A DNA stretch of 63,883 nt, filler included, from Octopus bimaculoides (taxonomy: Eukaryota): assembly GCF_001194135.2 (NCBI RefSeq). It is 4 parts of 3 records of this genome, joined end to end, with 100 filler letters (N's around TTAATTAATTAA, not from the genome) between each part and the next. Parts side by side here need not be neighbours in the genome. Positions count along the whole stretch, not along the records: positions 1 to 28,368 come from NC_068986.1; positions 28,469 to 39,234 come from NC_068986.1; 2 more parts are not named here. One strand, 5' to 3'. This document shows positions 24,951 through 37,745 of the stretch, in pieces. The first letter of the stretch is position 1, and each line of letters starts with the position of its first letter. The position numbers and the translations under genes were made by a program. Below the pieces are notes generated by a model, which saw only the letters and a list, made by a program, of their open reading frames with translations, made no database searches and was not told the DNA's origin.

Positions 24951-26519
24951 ATCTAACCCGTTTAAAAGGCGCTAAGAAGATCACGAGCAATTCAACGTCT
25001 CCTTAACTAACTTTAAAACAAAGCAAAACATATTTGGTATTAAATACAATATTGTGAATAGGTTTCGTCTTCATGTAGTTTATCAGAACAAGTTTGGATG
25101 GAGATAATCGCTGAAGGATTTGAACAATGTCTTTGAAGTTTGTGAAATTCTTTTAATACAATCTATTTACAGCGGGGCAGCCAGACGAGAAAACTCAACG
25201 TGGTCACTTTGGCTTGCCAGAAATACCAACCAAATCTCCGTTAAACCTATTCTTTAGTTTAAAATACTAATCAATGTGTTATATTGGTGTATTTCTAAAT
25301 TCCCAATGCCTGAAAAAGGATGTGTTGGTCATGGGTGACATAGTTTTGATCATTGGCTTCCTCGGTCAAGGTTGATTTGGTTCTAAATAACAGCAATAAT
25401 AATTTACAATGACTATATATTCATGGTGCCTATATATCAACAGATGGTCAGAGTTGCAACACAGCACGTATACTGGATAACAAATGATAACTTTTCAGGC
25501 AGCGATCTATGAAACCACCCTACTGACTTAGTCCACGAACTTCAACCGGCGTGTTAAAGGTTTCGTTTTAGATTTAATGTAGAAAAATAAATGAATATGT
25601 AATTAAATAAAGAAATAAATAAAAATGTACATAAGACAAAACAAGTAGCAATGTTCAAAAATAATGTTATGCACCAGTTTTAAACCAGACTTAACGTTTC
25701 ATTTGTATTCTATAAAATGCCTGTGAAGTGTAGCTAGAGTAATGCAAATATTTTATCTGTTACAATTCGCTTTTAAAGTTATGCATGACAACAAACATAA
25801 CTGAAGCTTTATGCAGTCAAATTCTTTAGATGGAATTCATAAATAACTCTGTCAAAATAAATTATAGTCACTCACTTTCCTAAACAACCACTTCCACACT
25901 TTTTTTTATGTATATAGCGAAACTCATAACCTAGTTATACGTGATGCAACGTGTTTGAAAAGTCCATCCAGCACCTAGTTATGCCTACAGAAAGAGTTGA
26001 TTGCCAATTCAACACTACAGTCTCACGAAATGCTATTTTTACAGATGTCCCTTTATTTCTGGTAGATATCTACGGATGCACAAACGCACAAAACGGAGAA
26101 AATAAAGCAAATATGGACGACTTGTTTCGAAATACCCCCGAGTGGGGAACGGTTCTCAAAAATAACCCCCAATTGTTTTCCTCGCAAATTCTTATGTCCT
26201 CAGAATCTACATAGTCCGAGGTATGTTTGTAGAGAATTTCATTAAAAAATATCCATTTTCTTGAAAGTTAAGACGAATTGAAGTGGACTCCAGTGAATTT
26301 TCTGAAATTCCCCACCCTCCCCTCCTAAAACACTTTCCCACCAAAAATTTGTATATTCGGAATCGACATGATATAACACATATTCGTAGAAAATTTCATT
26401 AAAATATATCCATTTTTCTGAAAGTTATGATCATCCAAAATCGTGGTGGTGGTGGGGGATAGAAATCTGTTGTTATGTCCGCCACACAAAAAAATTAGAA
26501 CTGGAATAAAGAAAACGAA

Positions 26520-26900
26520 ACTGAAGGGGAAGCTAACAAAACGTCTTCTGGAAGTTCTGCATGATTCAACATTCAGAACTTTCGAATTCATAGCGATGGA
26601 GGTTGTAGGGGAAATAGGAAGTATGAAAGATTGCGTTCCATCCAGATATTCCGCTGAATTGAAAAAAATATTATTGAAGATGGTGGTTATACTAACGAAC
26701 AAATTATGAATATTGATGAAATGAGATTGTTTCCAAAAGAGATGCTTAATAAGATTTATATGGCGAAGGAAGAAGCATTGTAACCTATGGACAAAGTGGT
26801 TAATGATCGTTTAGCAATTATTTTTATGATGAAAATGCTTCCAGTGTTTTGAAATCAAAATCTATATTAATCTATCGATCAGAAGACTCGTCAGTTCAGT
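26520..26900 (+). pseudogene. Tigger/pogo transposase remnant
   Basis: Frameshifted ELKKIIEDGGYTNEQIMNIDEMRLF..KIYMAKEE..DRLAII matches the pogo DDE_1 N-terminal catalytic region. Confidence 0.7.
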
Positions 26901-27237
26901 GAAAATCCGATAAAAAAGTTTGGGTTACAAAATACTTATCTGAAGGTGGGTTCAAGAATGTTTAAGTACCATAGGAAAGGNNNNNNNNNNNNNNNNNNNN
27001 NNNNNNNNNNNNNNNNNNNNNNNNNNNNNNNNNNNNNNNNNNNNNNNNNNNNNNNNNNNNNNNNNNNNNNNNNNNNNNNNNNNNNNNNNNNNNNNNNNNN
27101 NNNNNNNNNNNNNNNNNNNNNNNNNNNNNNNNNNNNNNNNNNNNNNNNNNNNNNNNNNNNNNNNNNNNNNNNNNNNNNNNNNNNNNNNNNNNNNNNNNNN
27201 NNNNNNNNNNNNNNNNNNNNNNNNNNNNNNNNNNNNN

Positions 27238-28271
27238 AAGATTCGGAAAGAGTTGGATGAGTCTAATGGTAATTACGGAGGTACGGCAGCTCGGAAAACT
27301 TACTCTGATCGTTCTGATTAGAAAAGAACTCCTGAATTTGTTGGTGTGATCCAGGCCATGATTAACAACGATCTCTCTAAGTTAATCAGGTCCATCGCCA
27401 GGACATGGGAGTGTCTGAGCTTCTTATCAGGCAGGTAGTGCATGAAGATATTCGTTATTCCGCATACAAGATGAGAAAGGGCCATTTTTTAAATCCCAAG
27501 TCATTAAGAACAAGAGAAAAGACCGCATTACGAAACTTGAACAAACTCAAGCATTCCCTCCAACCGAACAAAGCTTTGATTTTTCTCAGACGAGAAAAAT
27601 TTCTACCAGGATTAGATGGTGAAGATATAGACCAACCGTTGGCTTGCCGTATCCCCAAAACATGTACCAAGAGCGATTAAAATCAAACATCCAGTCAACA
27701 TCATGGTGTTTGGAGCGATCACTAATGATGACGACGTTATTCATCTTCCCACATGGCCTCAGACTCAACATGGAGGCCTACATCAAATGTCTGGAGGAGG
27801 TAGTGCTTCCCTGGGTCAAGAGTGTGGCTGTTGGAAGACCCTATGTCTGGCAACAGGACTCTGCACCATTCCACACAAGCAGGAGAACCCAATCATGGCT
27901 GTCAGACAATTTCTGCGACTACATCCCCCTTAACATCTAACCACCTAACTCTCCAGACTGCAACTTCCTTGATTATTATGTGTGGGGCGCAGTTGAGCGA
28001 GAGACTAGCAAAACTGCTTGTAACACCAAAGATGAACTGAAGGCAAGAATTATGGCAGCGTCCACCAAGTTAAACAAGGAGACCTTCCAGAAGAGTTGCA
28101 AGAGATTCCGAAGTCATCTGGAGGCCAATTGCAATTTTATTGAATAAATTTACTTTTTAGTATTTCAAGATATTTATTTTTGTAATTTTGGTAAATATAT
28201 ATATATTAAAATGTGATGCCAGTGTTAATTTCATATTTTCGTAATTTAGACGACAATTCATTCACGCATCC
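27238..28271 (+). mobile_element. Tc1/mariner maT (DD37D) transposon remnant
   Basis: GVSEFLIRQVVHED, FSDEKNF-like segment, VWQQDSAPFHT...NSPDCNFLD with 37 residues between the 2nd and 3rd catalytic Asp. Several stops and frameshifts. Confidence 0.88.
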
Positions 28272-28368
28272 CCACCCTCCGAGTTAAATTGGTGCAAACA
28301 GGAAAAATAGAACTCAAAAAATATGAGTGTATATTTTTATAAATATTTAGTAGAAGCAACAGAGTGAC

Positions 28369-28468
28369 NNNNNNNNNNNNNNNNNNNNNNNNNNNNNNNN
28401 NNNNNNNNNNNNTTAATTAATTAANNNNNNNNNNNNNNNNNNNNNNNNNNNNNNNNNNNNNNNNNNNN
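28369..28468. other. Artificial scaffold linker (44 N + TTAATTAATTAA + 44 N)
   Basis: An identical 100-bp construct occurs at 39235-39334 and 62058-62157; the 12-mer has stops in all six frames. Confidence 0.95.
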
Positions 28469-28697
28469 CCTCCTGGGGCTAAAAGCAACAGTAACATCCA
28501 CCCCTAGGGGTCAGCCACACTTAAGTGGCAATATACTTCACTTTATATATATATAGTTTTAGAGAAAAGAACCAAAGTTCATGAACTCATCCATAAAAAC
28601 CCTTATATTTTATACTGTGAAACTTAATTTAATTTTAATTTTTGATAAATTGAATTTAATTGAGTTTTTACCTGTAAATTTAGATTTTTATCCCTAA

Positions 28698-30041
28698 TCT
28701 GTATATATGAAAGGCAGGATGTGTGTGTGTGTGTGTGTGTACGTGAATGTAATTTATGCACGTCCACAAATTAGCACGCATGTCGCTCCAATTTTAGGAG
28801 GACATTCGTCATGACCCTATCTGCATTTACATCAACTTTTTCTCTCAGAGGCACCTGCGTATAGCTGTAAAAATCGATTTTCGACCATAACTTTTACCAA
28901 TTTTGAGGTTTGCTAACACAGCGAAGTGAAAATGTGAGGGAGAGAGAGAGAAATTGTTTGTTGATGTATGTGTGTGTGTGAGAGAGGAGGAGTGAGGAAG
29001 AGATAGAGATTGTTTGCCAGCATCTAACAAAAAAACAGTAAAGAAAAAGTGGGAGAGGGAGACAGAAAGTGTCTAACGAAAGAAAAGGTAGGTAAGGAAG
29101 ACAGAGTAAGTGCAAAATGCTATTTTTTTCTTAAACATGAGATATAGTTCCAAATATAGGATGTTTTTGAAAGACACTATATTTTATAATGAGATTATAT
29201 ATACTTTCTCGCACAACAATTAAAATATATTTATTTTAAATCATTTATTTATTTCTAATCATTCATCTTTCTACCCCCTCTCATTCTCTCTCACACACAC
29301 ACACAGATACTACTGGGAGCAAAAGAGTTTTGTTTATATTTCATGCTGAAGAAAAAAGTTTATTGACAATCCATTTATTTAACAACATTGAAACAAAGAG
29401 GTATGTAACAATTTGTCAGTGAATTACACAATATAAATAGGTAAAATTTCCGAGGCTTCCACTACACCCCAACCCGTTTTCAGACCACAAAAAGGGTTTG
29501 GTAATTTTTCAGATTAACACCCGCACAATTTCCACTAGGGTGTTAGGGTAAGGGTTTTAGGGTCAGGGTTAGGGGTTTAGGGTTAGGGTTAGGGTTTAGG
29601 GCTAGGGTTAGGGTTAGGGTTAGAATTAGGGTTACGGTTTTAGGGTCAGGGTTAGGGTTTTAGGGTTAGGGTTAGGGTTTAAGGTTAGGGTTAGAGTTAA
29701 CCTAGAAGGAACAGGCCTCTTATTATTTTTTTAAGGCTGTTGGTAAGTTTTCCTAAGTTACTCCAATCCAGATCCCCAATGCAAACCTTCAGATCAACCT
29801 TCTCCTATGCAGATCTCTAATGCAACTTTAAAAAAAATAGTCAATGAGTGGAAATAACCAATAAACTGATTCCTTATGGGATTTCCCAATCAAATTGCCA
29901 GCAAACCATTTTCAGCCAAACCAATTTCAATGGATTTCGCTCAAATCTGATGTCGATGTTACTTATTTTGGTTTGAAATAAAGCACTTGATCACTTAATA
30001 ATCCTACCTTAATCCCGGGCAGTGCCGGGCTATACTGCTAG
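28698..30041 (+). mobile_element. Non-autonomous Helitron, apparently complete
   Basis: 5' A|TCTGTATATATGAAAGG followed by (TG)n. 3' GC hairpin CCCGGGCAGTGCCGGG (30014-30029) then CTAG|T. Insertion between A and T with no TSD. Confidence 0.7.
29505..29700 (+). repeat. Interstitial telomeric-type (TTAGGG variant) cassette, copy 1
   Basis: About 27 TTAGGG/TTTAGGG/TCAGGG units after the flank TAATTTTTCAGATTAACACCCGCAC. Confidence 0.9.
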
Positions 30042-30097
30042 TATTATTATATATATATATATNNNNNNNNNNNNNNNNNNNNNNNNNNNNNNNNNNN

Positions 30098-30828
30098 TAA
30101 TACAAATAATAAATGAGTATATGCATATGTACATACCTACATCTACCTGTATATATAGATGCATATCTGGGTACAGGACGTTGCAAACAAAACGTAGACA
30201 AAATGATAAACAGAGTACAGAAAACACACAGGCCACATAGAGAACATTTCCTTCATCAGCTGCCACCATTCTAACACTGGCGTTTCGAAGAGTTAGGGCA
30301 GGACGCATCATTAAAATGGCTCTTCCCACGGACCACAAATTAAATTTGTATCATGGAGGAATGTAGTGGCGGACAGAAAACAAGACAGGAAAACGAAACT
30401 GAAAATAAACAAAAAAGGCTATACGGCCAGACGTGAAAAAATATGTGTATATGGAACGCTGTGAAGCAACGAACTGGAAGGAAGCGGGACAAAGAATATT
30501 CGTGTGCGTGCTTGGCGATAGCCAAGGTAAGAAAGGAAGTAGGGCTGGACACATGTGACAAACAAGGGGTAAGGAGAAAGAGTGGTAGAGGGAGAAAAAA
30601 GGGGAGACAGGGAGGAAGAGAGAGATATAGTAGCAACAGAAGGAAGAACAAGAGGGGGAAAAAAAATACAAAGATAGATAGAGTCGTGTCAGAAAATATA
30701 AAGTTCAAAACTTACTTGCAGGGATAACGCGTGCGTTTGATCATGTAATACAAATAATAAATGAGTATATGCATATATACGTACATGTATGTACATACCT
30801 ACATCTACCTGTATATATAGATGCATAT
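30098..30828. repeat. 648-bp-period direct repeat unit (terminal about 70 bp duplicated)
   Basis: TAATACAAATAATAAATGAGTATATGCATAT...GTACATACCTACATCTACCTGTATATATAGATGCATAT occurs at 30098 and 30746. Confidence 0.75.
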
Positions 30829-31913
30829 ACATAACATATATCTATTTAGACACTCACACATACACACACATATGTATCCTTTTCTACTCTAGGCACAAGG
30901 CCCGAAATTTTTAGGCAAGGGGGCCAGTTAATTAGATCGACCCTAGTATGCAAATGGTACTTAATTTATTGACATCAAAAGGATGAAAGGCAAAGCTGAC
31001 ACACATATTTATCATCGTTATCATTATTTTAACATTCACTTTCCATACTGGCATGGGTCAGACACAATTTGTTGAGGTAGATTTTCTACAGACAGATATC
31101 CTTCCTGCCACCAGCTGTCACCTGTTTCCAAGTAAGGTAATATTTCTCATGACTAGGTATTGTTTTCATGGAAGATTGGAAATGAAGGACACTGCTTGTT
31201 TACAGTCATCATATGAAGTCAAAGTAAGGAGCCAATAACACACACATACATATTTTAGGTTTCTTTCAGTTTCCATTTACCATATTAACTCACAAAGTTC
31301 TATAGAAGAACACACTTGTGCAAGGTTCCATGCAGTGGGACTGAACCTGAGACTATGTGATTGGAAAGCACATTTCTTACGACACAACCACAACTATGCA
31401 TGTATGTATGTATGTATGTATATATATATATATATATATATNNNNNNNNNNNNNNNNNNNNNNNNNNNNNNNNNNNNNNNNNNNNNNNNNNNNNNNNNNN
31501 NNNNNNNNNNNNNNNNNNNNNNNNNNNNNNNNNNNNNNNNNNNNNNNNNNNNNNNNNNNNNNNNNNNNNNNNNNNNNNNNNNNNNNNNNNNNNNNNNNNN
31601 NNNNNNNNNNNNNNNNNNNNNNNNNNNNNNNNNNNNNNNNNNNNNNNNNNNNNNNNNNNNNNNNNNNNNNNNNNNNNNNNNNNNNNNNNNNNNNNNNNNN
31701 NNNNNNNNNNNNNNNNNNNNNNNNNNNNNNNNNNNNNNNNNNNNNNNNNNNNNNNNNNNNNNNNNNNNNNNNNNNNNNNNNNNNNNNNNNNNNNNNNNNN
31801 NNNNNNNNNNNNNNNNNNNNNNNNNNNNNNNNNNNNNNNNNNNNNNNNNNNNNNNNNNNNNNNNNNNNNNNNNNNNNNNNNNNNNNNNNNNNNNNNNNNN
31901 NNNNNNNNNNNNN

Positions 31914-32066
31914 ACCCTCGGAGTGGTTGGCGTTAGGAAGGGCATCCAGCTGTAGAAACTCTGCCAAATCAGATTGGAGCCTGGTGTAGCCATCTGGTTC
32001 ACCAGTCCTCAGTTAAATCATCCAACCCATGCTAGCATGGAAAGCAGGCATTAAACGATGATGATG
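31914..32066 (+). mobile_element. RTE-type LINE/SINE 3' tail ending in (GAT)n
   Basis: GGTTGGCGTTAGGAAGGGCATCCAGC...CAACCCATGCTAGCATGGAAA..TAAACGATGATGATGAT. Related copies at 38590-38730 (+) and 31010-31135 (-). Confidence 0.7.
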
Positions 32067-32139
32067 ATTTTTGGCTATGAAAACAATAATAATTAAAATC
32101 ATTAGGCCTCTTTTTTGTTTGTTTGTTTGTTTGTGTGTG

Positions 32140-32174
<35 letters not shown>

Positions 32175-32379
32175 ATTCTTTTATTTATTTCAGTCATTTG
32201 ACAGCAGCCATGCTGGAGCATGGCTTTTAATTGAACAAATCGACCCCAGGACTTATTCTTTGTAAGCCTAGCACTTATTCTATCAGTCCCTTTTGCCAAA
32301 ACACTAAGTTACAGGGACATAAACACACCAGCATAAGTTGTCAAGCGATGGTGGGAGGACAGATGCATAAACATACACG

Positions 32380-32418
<39 letters not shown>

Positions 32419-33455
32419 TAGAAAAATAAGGTACTCATAGATCTGAATGGTTGTACATTTACAGATTTTTATTAATATGTCAAATGTTTTTATAAATCAT
32501 ATACTAGCGCTTGCATTTACTCTAATAGACTTTCTAATATATAATACCTGTACATCACCTCCAAACCTTCGAATATATATATATANNNNNNNNNNNNNNN
32601 NNNNNNNNNNNNNNNNNNNNNNNNNNNNNNNNNNNNNNNNNNNNNNNNNNNNNNNNNNNNNNNNNNNNNNNNNNNNNNNNNNNNNNNNNNNNNNNNNNNN
32701 NNNNNNNNNNNNNNNNNNNNNNNNNNNNNNNNNNNNNNNNNNNNNNNNNNNNNNNNNNNNNNNNNNNNNNNNNNNNNNNNNNNNNNNNNNNNNNNNNNNN
32801 NNNNNNNNNNNNNNNNNNNNNNNNNNNNNNNNNNNNNNNNNNNNNNNNNNNNNNNNNNNNNNNNNNNNNNNNNNNNNNNNNNNNNNNNNNNNNNNNNNNN
32901 NNNNNNNNNNNNNNNNNNNNNNNNNNNNNNNNNNNNNNNNNNNNNNNNNNNNNNNNNNNNNNNNNNNNNNNNNNNNNNNNNNNNNNNNNNNNNNNNNNNN
33001 NNNNNNNNNNNNNNNNNNNNNNNNNNNNNNNNNNNNNNNNNNNNNNNNNNNNNNNNNNNNNNNNNNNNNNNNNNNNNNNNNNNNNNNNNNNNNNNNNNNN
33101 NNNNNNNNNNNNNNNNNNNNNNNNNNNNNNNNNNNNNNNNNNNNNNNNNNNNNNNNNNNNNNNNNNNNNNNNNNNNNNNNNNNNNNNNNNNNNNNNNNNN
33201 NNNNNNNNNNNNNNNNNNNNNNNNNNNNNNNNNNNNNNNNNNNNNNNNNNNNNNNNNNNNNNNNNNNNNNNNNNNNNNNNNNNNNNNNNNNNNNNNNNNN
33301 NNNNNNNNNNNNNNNNNNNNNNNNNNNNNNNNNNNNNNNNNNNNNNNNNNNNNNNNNNNNNNNNNNNNNNNNNNNNNNNNNNNNNNNNNNNNNNNNNNNN
33401 NNNNNNNNNNNNNNNNNNNNNNNNNNNNNNNNNNNNNNNNNNNNNNNNNNNNNNN

Positions 33456-33524
<69 letters not shown>

Positions 33525-34197
33525 CACACACACTTCTTTAAATGTTGCATTTATGTATGCTAAAATGTATGTATATACATGTCTGTATGAGTGTCTACTC
33601 ATATAGATGTACAAATGCTATTATGGTTTTTATTATTTTTGTTCTTTGTTATTTGCTAAAATTGTATACACACATATCTATGACAATATTGTGTCTTGTT
33701 TTATTTACTTATATATTTTGTTATACATACAATTATATATATATTTTTTGTCATGTCAAAATGATATATGAAACTACTGTATCCTTCATTCAAATTGAGT
33801 GTGCAATGATGTAAGTAGGTAACTGTGTGTGTATGTGAACTTATGTTTGTATGTGGTCATGTAAACATATTTGTATGAATGTCTAAATATAAATGCAAAT
33901 GAATATTTGTATATATAAGGGAGTTCAGAAAGTAATTGTGTTTTACCAGAAAGGATATTAAAACAAATGTAAACTATGTTTATCGGAATAGTTTTAATCA
34001 AGAATGTAATCACCATCATTTTCCATAACTGCAGCCTAACAAGTAAGTAACTTTTTTATGCTGCATTCAAAGAAACCTATTTCTTTTCATGAAAAAACTC
34101 TGAAAGACTGTTTTCAATTTCCTCTCTGTCTCTGAATGTTTTGCCTCTTATAAAATGTTCTAGTGGTTGGAACAGATGGAAATCTGTAAGTGCTGAG

Positions 34198-34605
34198 CAG
34201 GCACGTGCCGTCAATAATTACTCAGGGTAGGCAGTTGGTGAACTTTATGTAGTAAAACACACAAAAAATAAGTGAAACACAGGTGCATGACTGAGTTGAA
34301 GGCCAGATTTACTTCTGTCTTTATAGCATGCAAAGAAAATGGTGTTGTAGGAATGTACACATCATGTGCACTACAGCAGTACTATGCATAGCTTAAATAC
34401 TGAGATTGAAAAGCAGAGGCAAATTATGCCTACCTAATCTCCAAAAAAATAAAATATTTTGCATTTTATGCATAGTAATCAGAGTAACCTTCATAATTTT
34501 ATTGAATTAAGTGCATATTTTGCCATAAAAGGAAAATGTTGCACTCGATCTCTTTTATTCAAGGTAGGCACTGCCTACTTTGCCTACCTACGCAGCATGT
34601 CCCTG
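34198..34605. mobile_element. hAT-type MITE with perfect 8-bp TSD
   Basis: GTGCTGAG flanks both ends (34190-34197 and 34606-34613); imperfect TIRs CAGGCACGTGCCG and (rc) CAGGGACATGCTG. Confidence 0.85.
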
Positions 34606-34639
34606 GTGCTGAGTTAGATGAGGAGTCAGGTGAGTAAGG

Positions 34640-35460
34640 AGGATGTAAGAACTTCCCACCCTAACAATCTTTTTCTTGGGTTTGTTTTGAAGAGTGTGGC
34701 TGTGCATTGTTATGCTGGAAAATAATAGCTTTTCAATTTACCAAAGCTGGCCACTTTCAACATAATTTTTCATTTATACAATCAAGTTGTTGGCAACAAA
34801 ACATCTCCATCGATGGTCCTTCCATGTTCCAGTAGCTCATAATGGACAATACCATTCATGTTCCACCAAACACAGAGCAAAGATTTTTGTGGATGGAGTT
34901 CTGGTTTTGGTATGGGCACTGATCTCTCACTATGTGATAACCATTGCCTTTTTTGTTTTCTGTTGAGATGCAAAACCCATTTTTCACTACCTGTAACAAT
35001 GTGCTGCAGAAATGGCATGTTGTTATTCCTGATTATATGATTGCTGCAGATGGTTGAATGTAGTGTTCAGTTCTCAAGCATAAGCTCATGTAGAACCCAA
35101 ATTCATGTTTTCCCAATTAGCTTGAGATGTTCATGGATAGGTGAACATGATGCATTAAATTATTGTGCCAAATATCAGGTGCTTTGATGTGGATCTGATA
35201 CAATAATCTCATTCAAAAGGTCATCATTCAGAGTGGGTCGTCTTCCAGAGTGAGGCTTGTTGGATATGTCACAATCACCATCTTTAAACCTTTTAAACCA
35301 CAGCTGATGTGTACAAGCTTTCATTGCATCCGAATACACTTTACAAATGTCTTTCATTGCTTCTGTATTGGTACTTTTCTTTTGGAACTCACAGAAAGGA
35401 TTGGCGAATATGCTGTTTCATAAAGTTCTTATCTTCCATGGGGTTAATTACTGAAATAAC
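34640..35460 (-). mobile_element. mariner (DD34D) transposase remnant
   Basis: WFKRFKDGD..KPHSGRRP, IVTGSEKWVLH, KPELHPQKSLLCVWWNMNGIVHYELL, then a HNNAQP-like motif; frameshifted. Confidence 0.88.
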
Positions 35461-35663
35461 TATGAATGACACACTGCAAGATAGAATAGATAATATACTA
35501 TTTCTAGATAGTTTTTGCCCATTTGACTTTGGCTCTGATGTGATTGGTTTGTTTCATATTTCATATTGATGAAAAAGCACAATTTCTTTCCAAACACCCT
35601 AATGTGTGTGTGTGTATATGTGTGTGTATGTGAGGAAGAGAGAGAGAGTGTGTGTGTGTTTGC

Positions 35664-35700
<37 letters not shown>

Positions 35701-35710
35701 NNNNNNNNNN

Positions 35711-35744
<34 letters not shown>

Positions 35745-36749
35745 GTATATATGTATGTATGTGTGTGTACATGTATAAGTATATGTGTGTGTGTGCGTGT
35801 ACGTGTGTGCATGCATGTATGTTTGTGTATGTACACATATATACACTTGCATATATGAGTACGTTTGTATATAAGTATTTATCCATCTAAAACTGTACAT
35901 GGGCATAATTTTATATATATACCCATTATATGTATAATATATATGTGTGTGTATATTCTCTGTGTGTATATCTATGTATATGTATGCGTGTGTAAAACTC
36001 TCTCTCTTTTCTCTTCTGTAATATTGAATTTGCTCTTCTTTACATCACCCTAACTATCAGTACTGCTCCTGATTATAACCTAAATATAAGCACTTCATTC
36101 AAATGTAAAATTTGTATTATTTAATTTCTGTCTGAAGGATTTCTAATAGGAAATTCCTAGCATGTAAAACTCAGTAATCCTATTAGAAAATGAAATATGT
36201 GTAATGGTGAATAAATGATATCAATAAATTTTCCAACTTCCTGCATTGNNNNNNNNNNNNNNNNNNNNNNNNNNNNNNNNNNNNNNNNNNNNNNNNNNNN
36301 NNNNNNNNNNNNNNNNNNNNNNNNNNNNNNNNNNNNNNNNNNNNNNNNNNNNNNNNNNNNNNNNNNNNNNNNNNNNNNNNNNNNNNNNNNNNNNNNNNNN
36401 NNNNNNNNNNNNNNNNNNNNNNNNNNNNNNNNNNNNNNNNNNNNNNNNNNNNNNNNNNNNNNNNNNNNNNNNNNNNNNNNNNNNNNNNNNNNNNNNNNNN
36501 NNNNNNNNNNNNNNNNNNNNNNNNNNNNNNNNNNNNNNNNNNNNNNNNNNNNNNNNNNNNNNNNNNNNNNNNNNNNNNNNNNNNNNNNNNNNNNNNNNNN
36601 NNNNNNNNNNNNNNNNNNNNNNNNNNNNNNNNNNNNNNNNNNNNNNNNNNNNNNNNNNNNNNNNNNNNNNNNNNNNNNNNNNNNNNNNNNNNNNNNNNNN
36701 NNNNNNNNNNNNNNNNNNNNNNNNNNNNTATATATATATATATATATAT

Positions 36750-37135
36750 GTGGCTGTGGTAGGAAGCTTGCTTCCCAACCACATGATTCCAGGTTCAGTC
36801 TCACTGTGTGACACTTTGGGTGTCTTCTACTATAGCCTTGAGCCAATCAAAGCCTTGTGAGTAGATTTGGTAAAGGGAAACTGAAAGAAGCCCATCATAT
36901 ATATATGTGTATCTCTATGTATGTGTGTATCTTTGTGTTTGTGCCCCCATCACCACTTGACAATGAGTGTTGGTGTGTTTATGTCGCCATAACTTAGTGA
37001 TTTGGCAAAAGATACCAATAGAATAAGTACTAAGCTTACAAAAAATAAGCCCTGGGGTCAATTTGTCCAACTAAAACCCTTCAAGGCTGTGCTTCAGCTT
37101 GGCCACAGTCAAATGACCAAAACGAGTAAAAGAAT
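36750..37135 (+). mobile_element. SINE family A copy
   Basis: Full bipartite structure aligning to the 49725 copy. Confidence 0.85.
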
Positions 37136-37139
37136 ACAC

Positions 37140-37178
<39 letters not shown>

Positions 37179-37249
37179 TATATATACAAGCACACACACC
37201 CACACCCACAATAGATATGTATATAAAACTCATATTTCAAATTGTCCAT

Positions 37250-37745
37250 AATGCTTAAGGTATATATTTGTGATTCACCTATCACGTCCTCAGTACATCG
37301 CAGATTTTTCTGTCTAATATATGTAAATTTATATCGCAGGCTCATCAATATATAGCAGGTTTCTGTGGCTGATGGGTATTTATATTTTTTCAGATTTTAA
37401 TTATTTCTGTGATAAAATAAGCATTTTCACACCTAAAAATTAATAAATTAGTAAATAAAAATACAGTACAGTACTGCACTGTATAACACATTAATTAAAA
37501 TATATTAAAAGAAAATACGTACTGTGCCATGGATGAGTAAACAAAGAATCGCACATACTGTATGGAAAATGAAACTCAGGAAGCGAATGTGTGGTGTTGT
37601 TTTGCATTTATAATAAATAAATATATACAAATTATAAAAACAATTAAAAAAATATATACAGTACAGTACAGTTTCTACTTTGCAGATTTTCACCTATCCC
37701 AGGGGTTTTTGGAACGTAACACCTGAGATAGTCAAGGGATTACTG
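37250..37745. mobile_element. Tigger-type MITE
   Basis: Right end GAGATAGTCAAGGGATTACTG|TA, internal TACAGTACAGTAC motifs and a CACCTATCACG..CATCGCAGATTTTT left subterminal block. Confidence 0.5.

Noticed and set aside
28413-28424. TTAATTAATTAA islands inside N runs (also 39279-39290 and 62102-62113)
   Set aside because: Identical 100-bp artificial six-frame-stop linkers. They are not biology, and adjacency across them is unproven.
30240-30330. Hammerhead-like words CTGATGA and CGAAAC on the minus strand (also 57270-57340 and 13367)
   Set aside because: Stem II closing pair and stem I/III cannot be formed as required.
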